The notes under the pieces are model-generated. The model ran no database searches, was not told the DNA's origin, and was given only the letters and a program-made list of their open reading frames with translations. DNA of 64,000 nt, taken from positions 92,814,001 through 92,878,000 of the forward strand of contig NC_042997.1 of the NCBI RefSeq assembly GCF_006345805.1, given 5' to 3'. Position 1 is the stretch's first letter. Each line of letters starts with the position of its first letter. Position numbers and translations under genes: made by a program. This stretch comes from Octopus sinensis. Its lineage: Eukaryota. This document shows, piece by piece, positions 62,961 through 64,000 of this stretch.

Positions 62961-63540
62961 ACCTATTCAAGGAAAGGAGGCCTTATAAGCTTATGGCAAC
63001 TTTTATTTACCGGATATCATAAAAGAGTGCTTGAAAGAATATGGAAACAAAACCTGTATTTTTTTCTTGAGTCATAAAAGATGTCAAAATTCAGTTAATT
63101 CATTTGAAGAGAAAATTCTTATCAATACAAAGGATATTCAACTACAAAAGTATTAATAGATTCACTTTAATATTCTCATCATATCTATATACACCCAGCT
63201 GAGTTTTGAATAATCTTAATGTTTGCTTCTTCAATACCAAATGAGATGTTAAATGGAGATTCATTAGCCTAGAAGCTATGACAAAAGCAAAATCTTCAGA
63301 TCTTAAGAAAGCATCATTAGACCACTACCAGAATTGCAGAAACAAACTTGATTAGAAAGATTAAATAAAATCTGAACAAAAGCAGAAGTAGATTCTCCAA
63401 GGCATCTTTTTCATCTCAACAGGTAGCCAAAAGTAAACTATGTGCTCTATATTTCTATGTTCATCAAAATCAAGAGCTTTTATGGTACATCTGAAGAAGG
63501 GATCTCCTTGAAAATGTTGACATTCTTTACTAACCATTAA

Positions 63541-63991
63541 CCCTTTTGTTACCAGATTTCTGTTGAAATACACTACTTTTGCTTCAATTAATGTTTAATC
63601 TTTTAGCATTTAAACTGGCCATATCTGGCCCAAATATGCCTCTTGTTTTTAAGTTCACACTGGCCAGGTCTTAGCCTCTCACACCTACCCTACAATATCA
63701 TCCTAAAAATAGACAATAATATCATTGAAATCTCAAAGTTATGAAACAATACATAACTAAATCAAAACAATATGAATAAATAAGTTTTACACTCGGCAGA
63801 GTAATTTAAACACTAAAGGGTTAAAATAATGAAGAATTTAGTAAAATAATTTAATAATTATTAAGCTGATGTTTGGGACATAAACTGAAATTTTCTTTTG
63901 TTTTGGAGGTGAATGGGTTAGAAACCTCTTTAAAATATAAGTTTGCATTATAGAACTAAGGGCAGAATCAAGGGAGTTGGTATCAAAAGGG
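63541..63991. mobile_element. piggyBac-type MITE family B (outer element)
   Basis: TTAA|cccttttgttacc ... ggtatcaaaaggg|TTAA, TIR 12/13 identical. Confidence 0.82.
63599..63820 (-). mobile_element. piggyBac-type MITE family A, nested in family B
   Basis: TTAA at 63595-63598 and 63821-63824 flank the copy. Confidence 0.85.
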
Positions 63992-64000
63992 TTAAATAGT

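Overview
AT-rich, repeat-dense animal DNA, probably from an octopus (coleoid cephalopod). That call is inferred from the tRNA-derived SINE families and RTE-type 3' tails. No prokaryotic features (operons, CRISPR, rRNA) are supported. One host gene is well supported: a strongly divergent SLC9A/NHE-type Na+/H+ exchanger-like gene on the minus strand. Six phase-compatible exons (35860 to 5757, about 417 codons, no stops) were rebuilt by hand, plus weaker candidate 5' (57043-57137) and 3' (4733-4796) exons. Several canonical transport residues are replaced. The rest is mostly mobile DNA: three or more SINE types, RTE, CR1-like and R4/Dong-like LINE fragments, two mariner relics, TTAA piggyBac-type MITEs (one nested pair), other MITEs and a probable Helitron. 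The most unusual items are a decayed 1.8 kb minus-strand island (about 57620-59417) whose motif spacing resembles a bunyavirus-like L polymerase N-terminus (candidate endogenous viral element), two inverted pairs carrying hammerhead-ribozyme-like cores (Penelope-like), and a near-perfect 277-bp inverted repeat in an NHE intron. All homology calls come from manual translation and remembered motifs, not database searches. Repeat boundaries are approximate unless exact termini are quoted.
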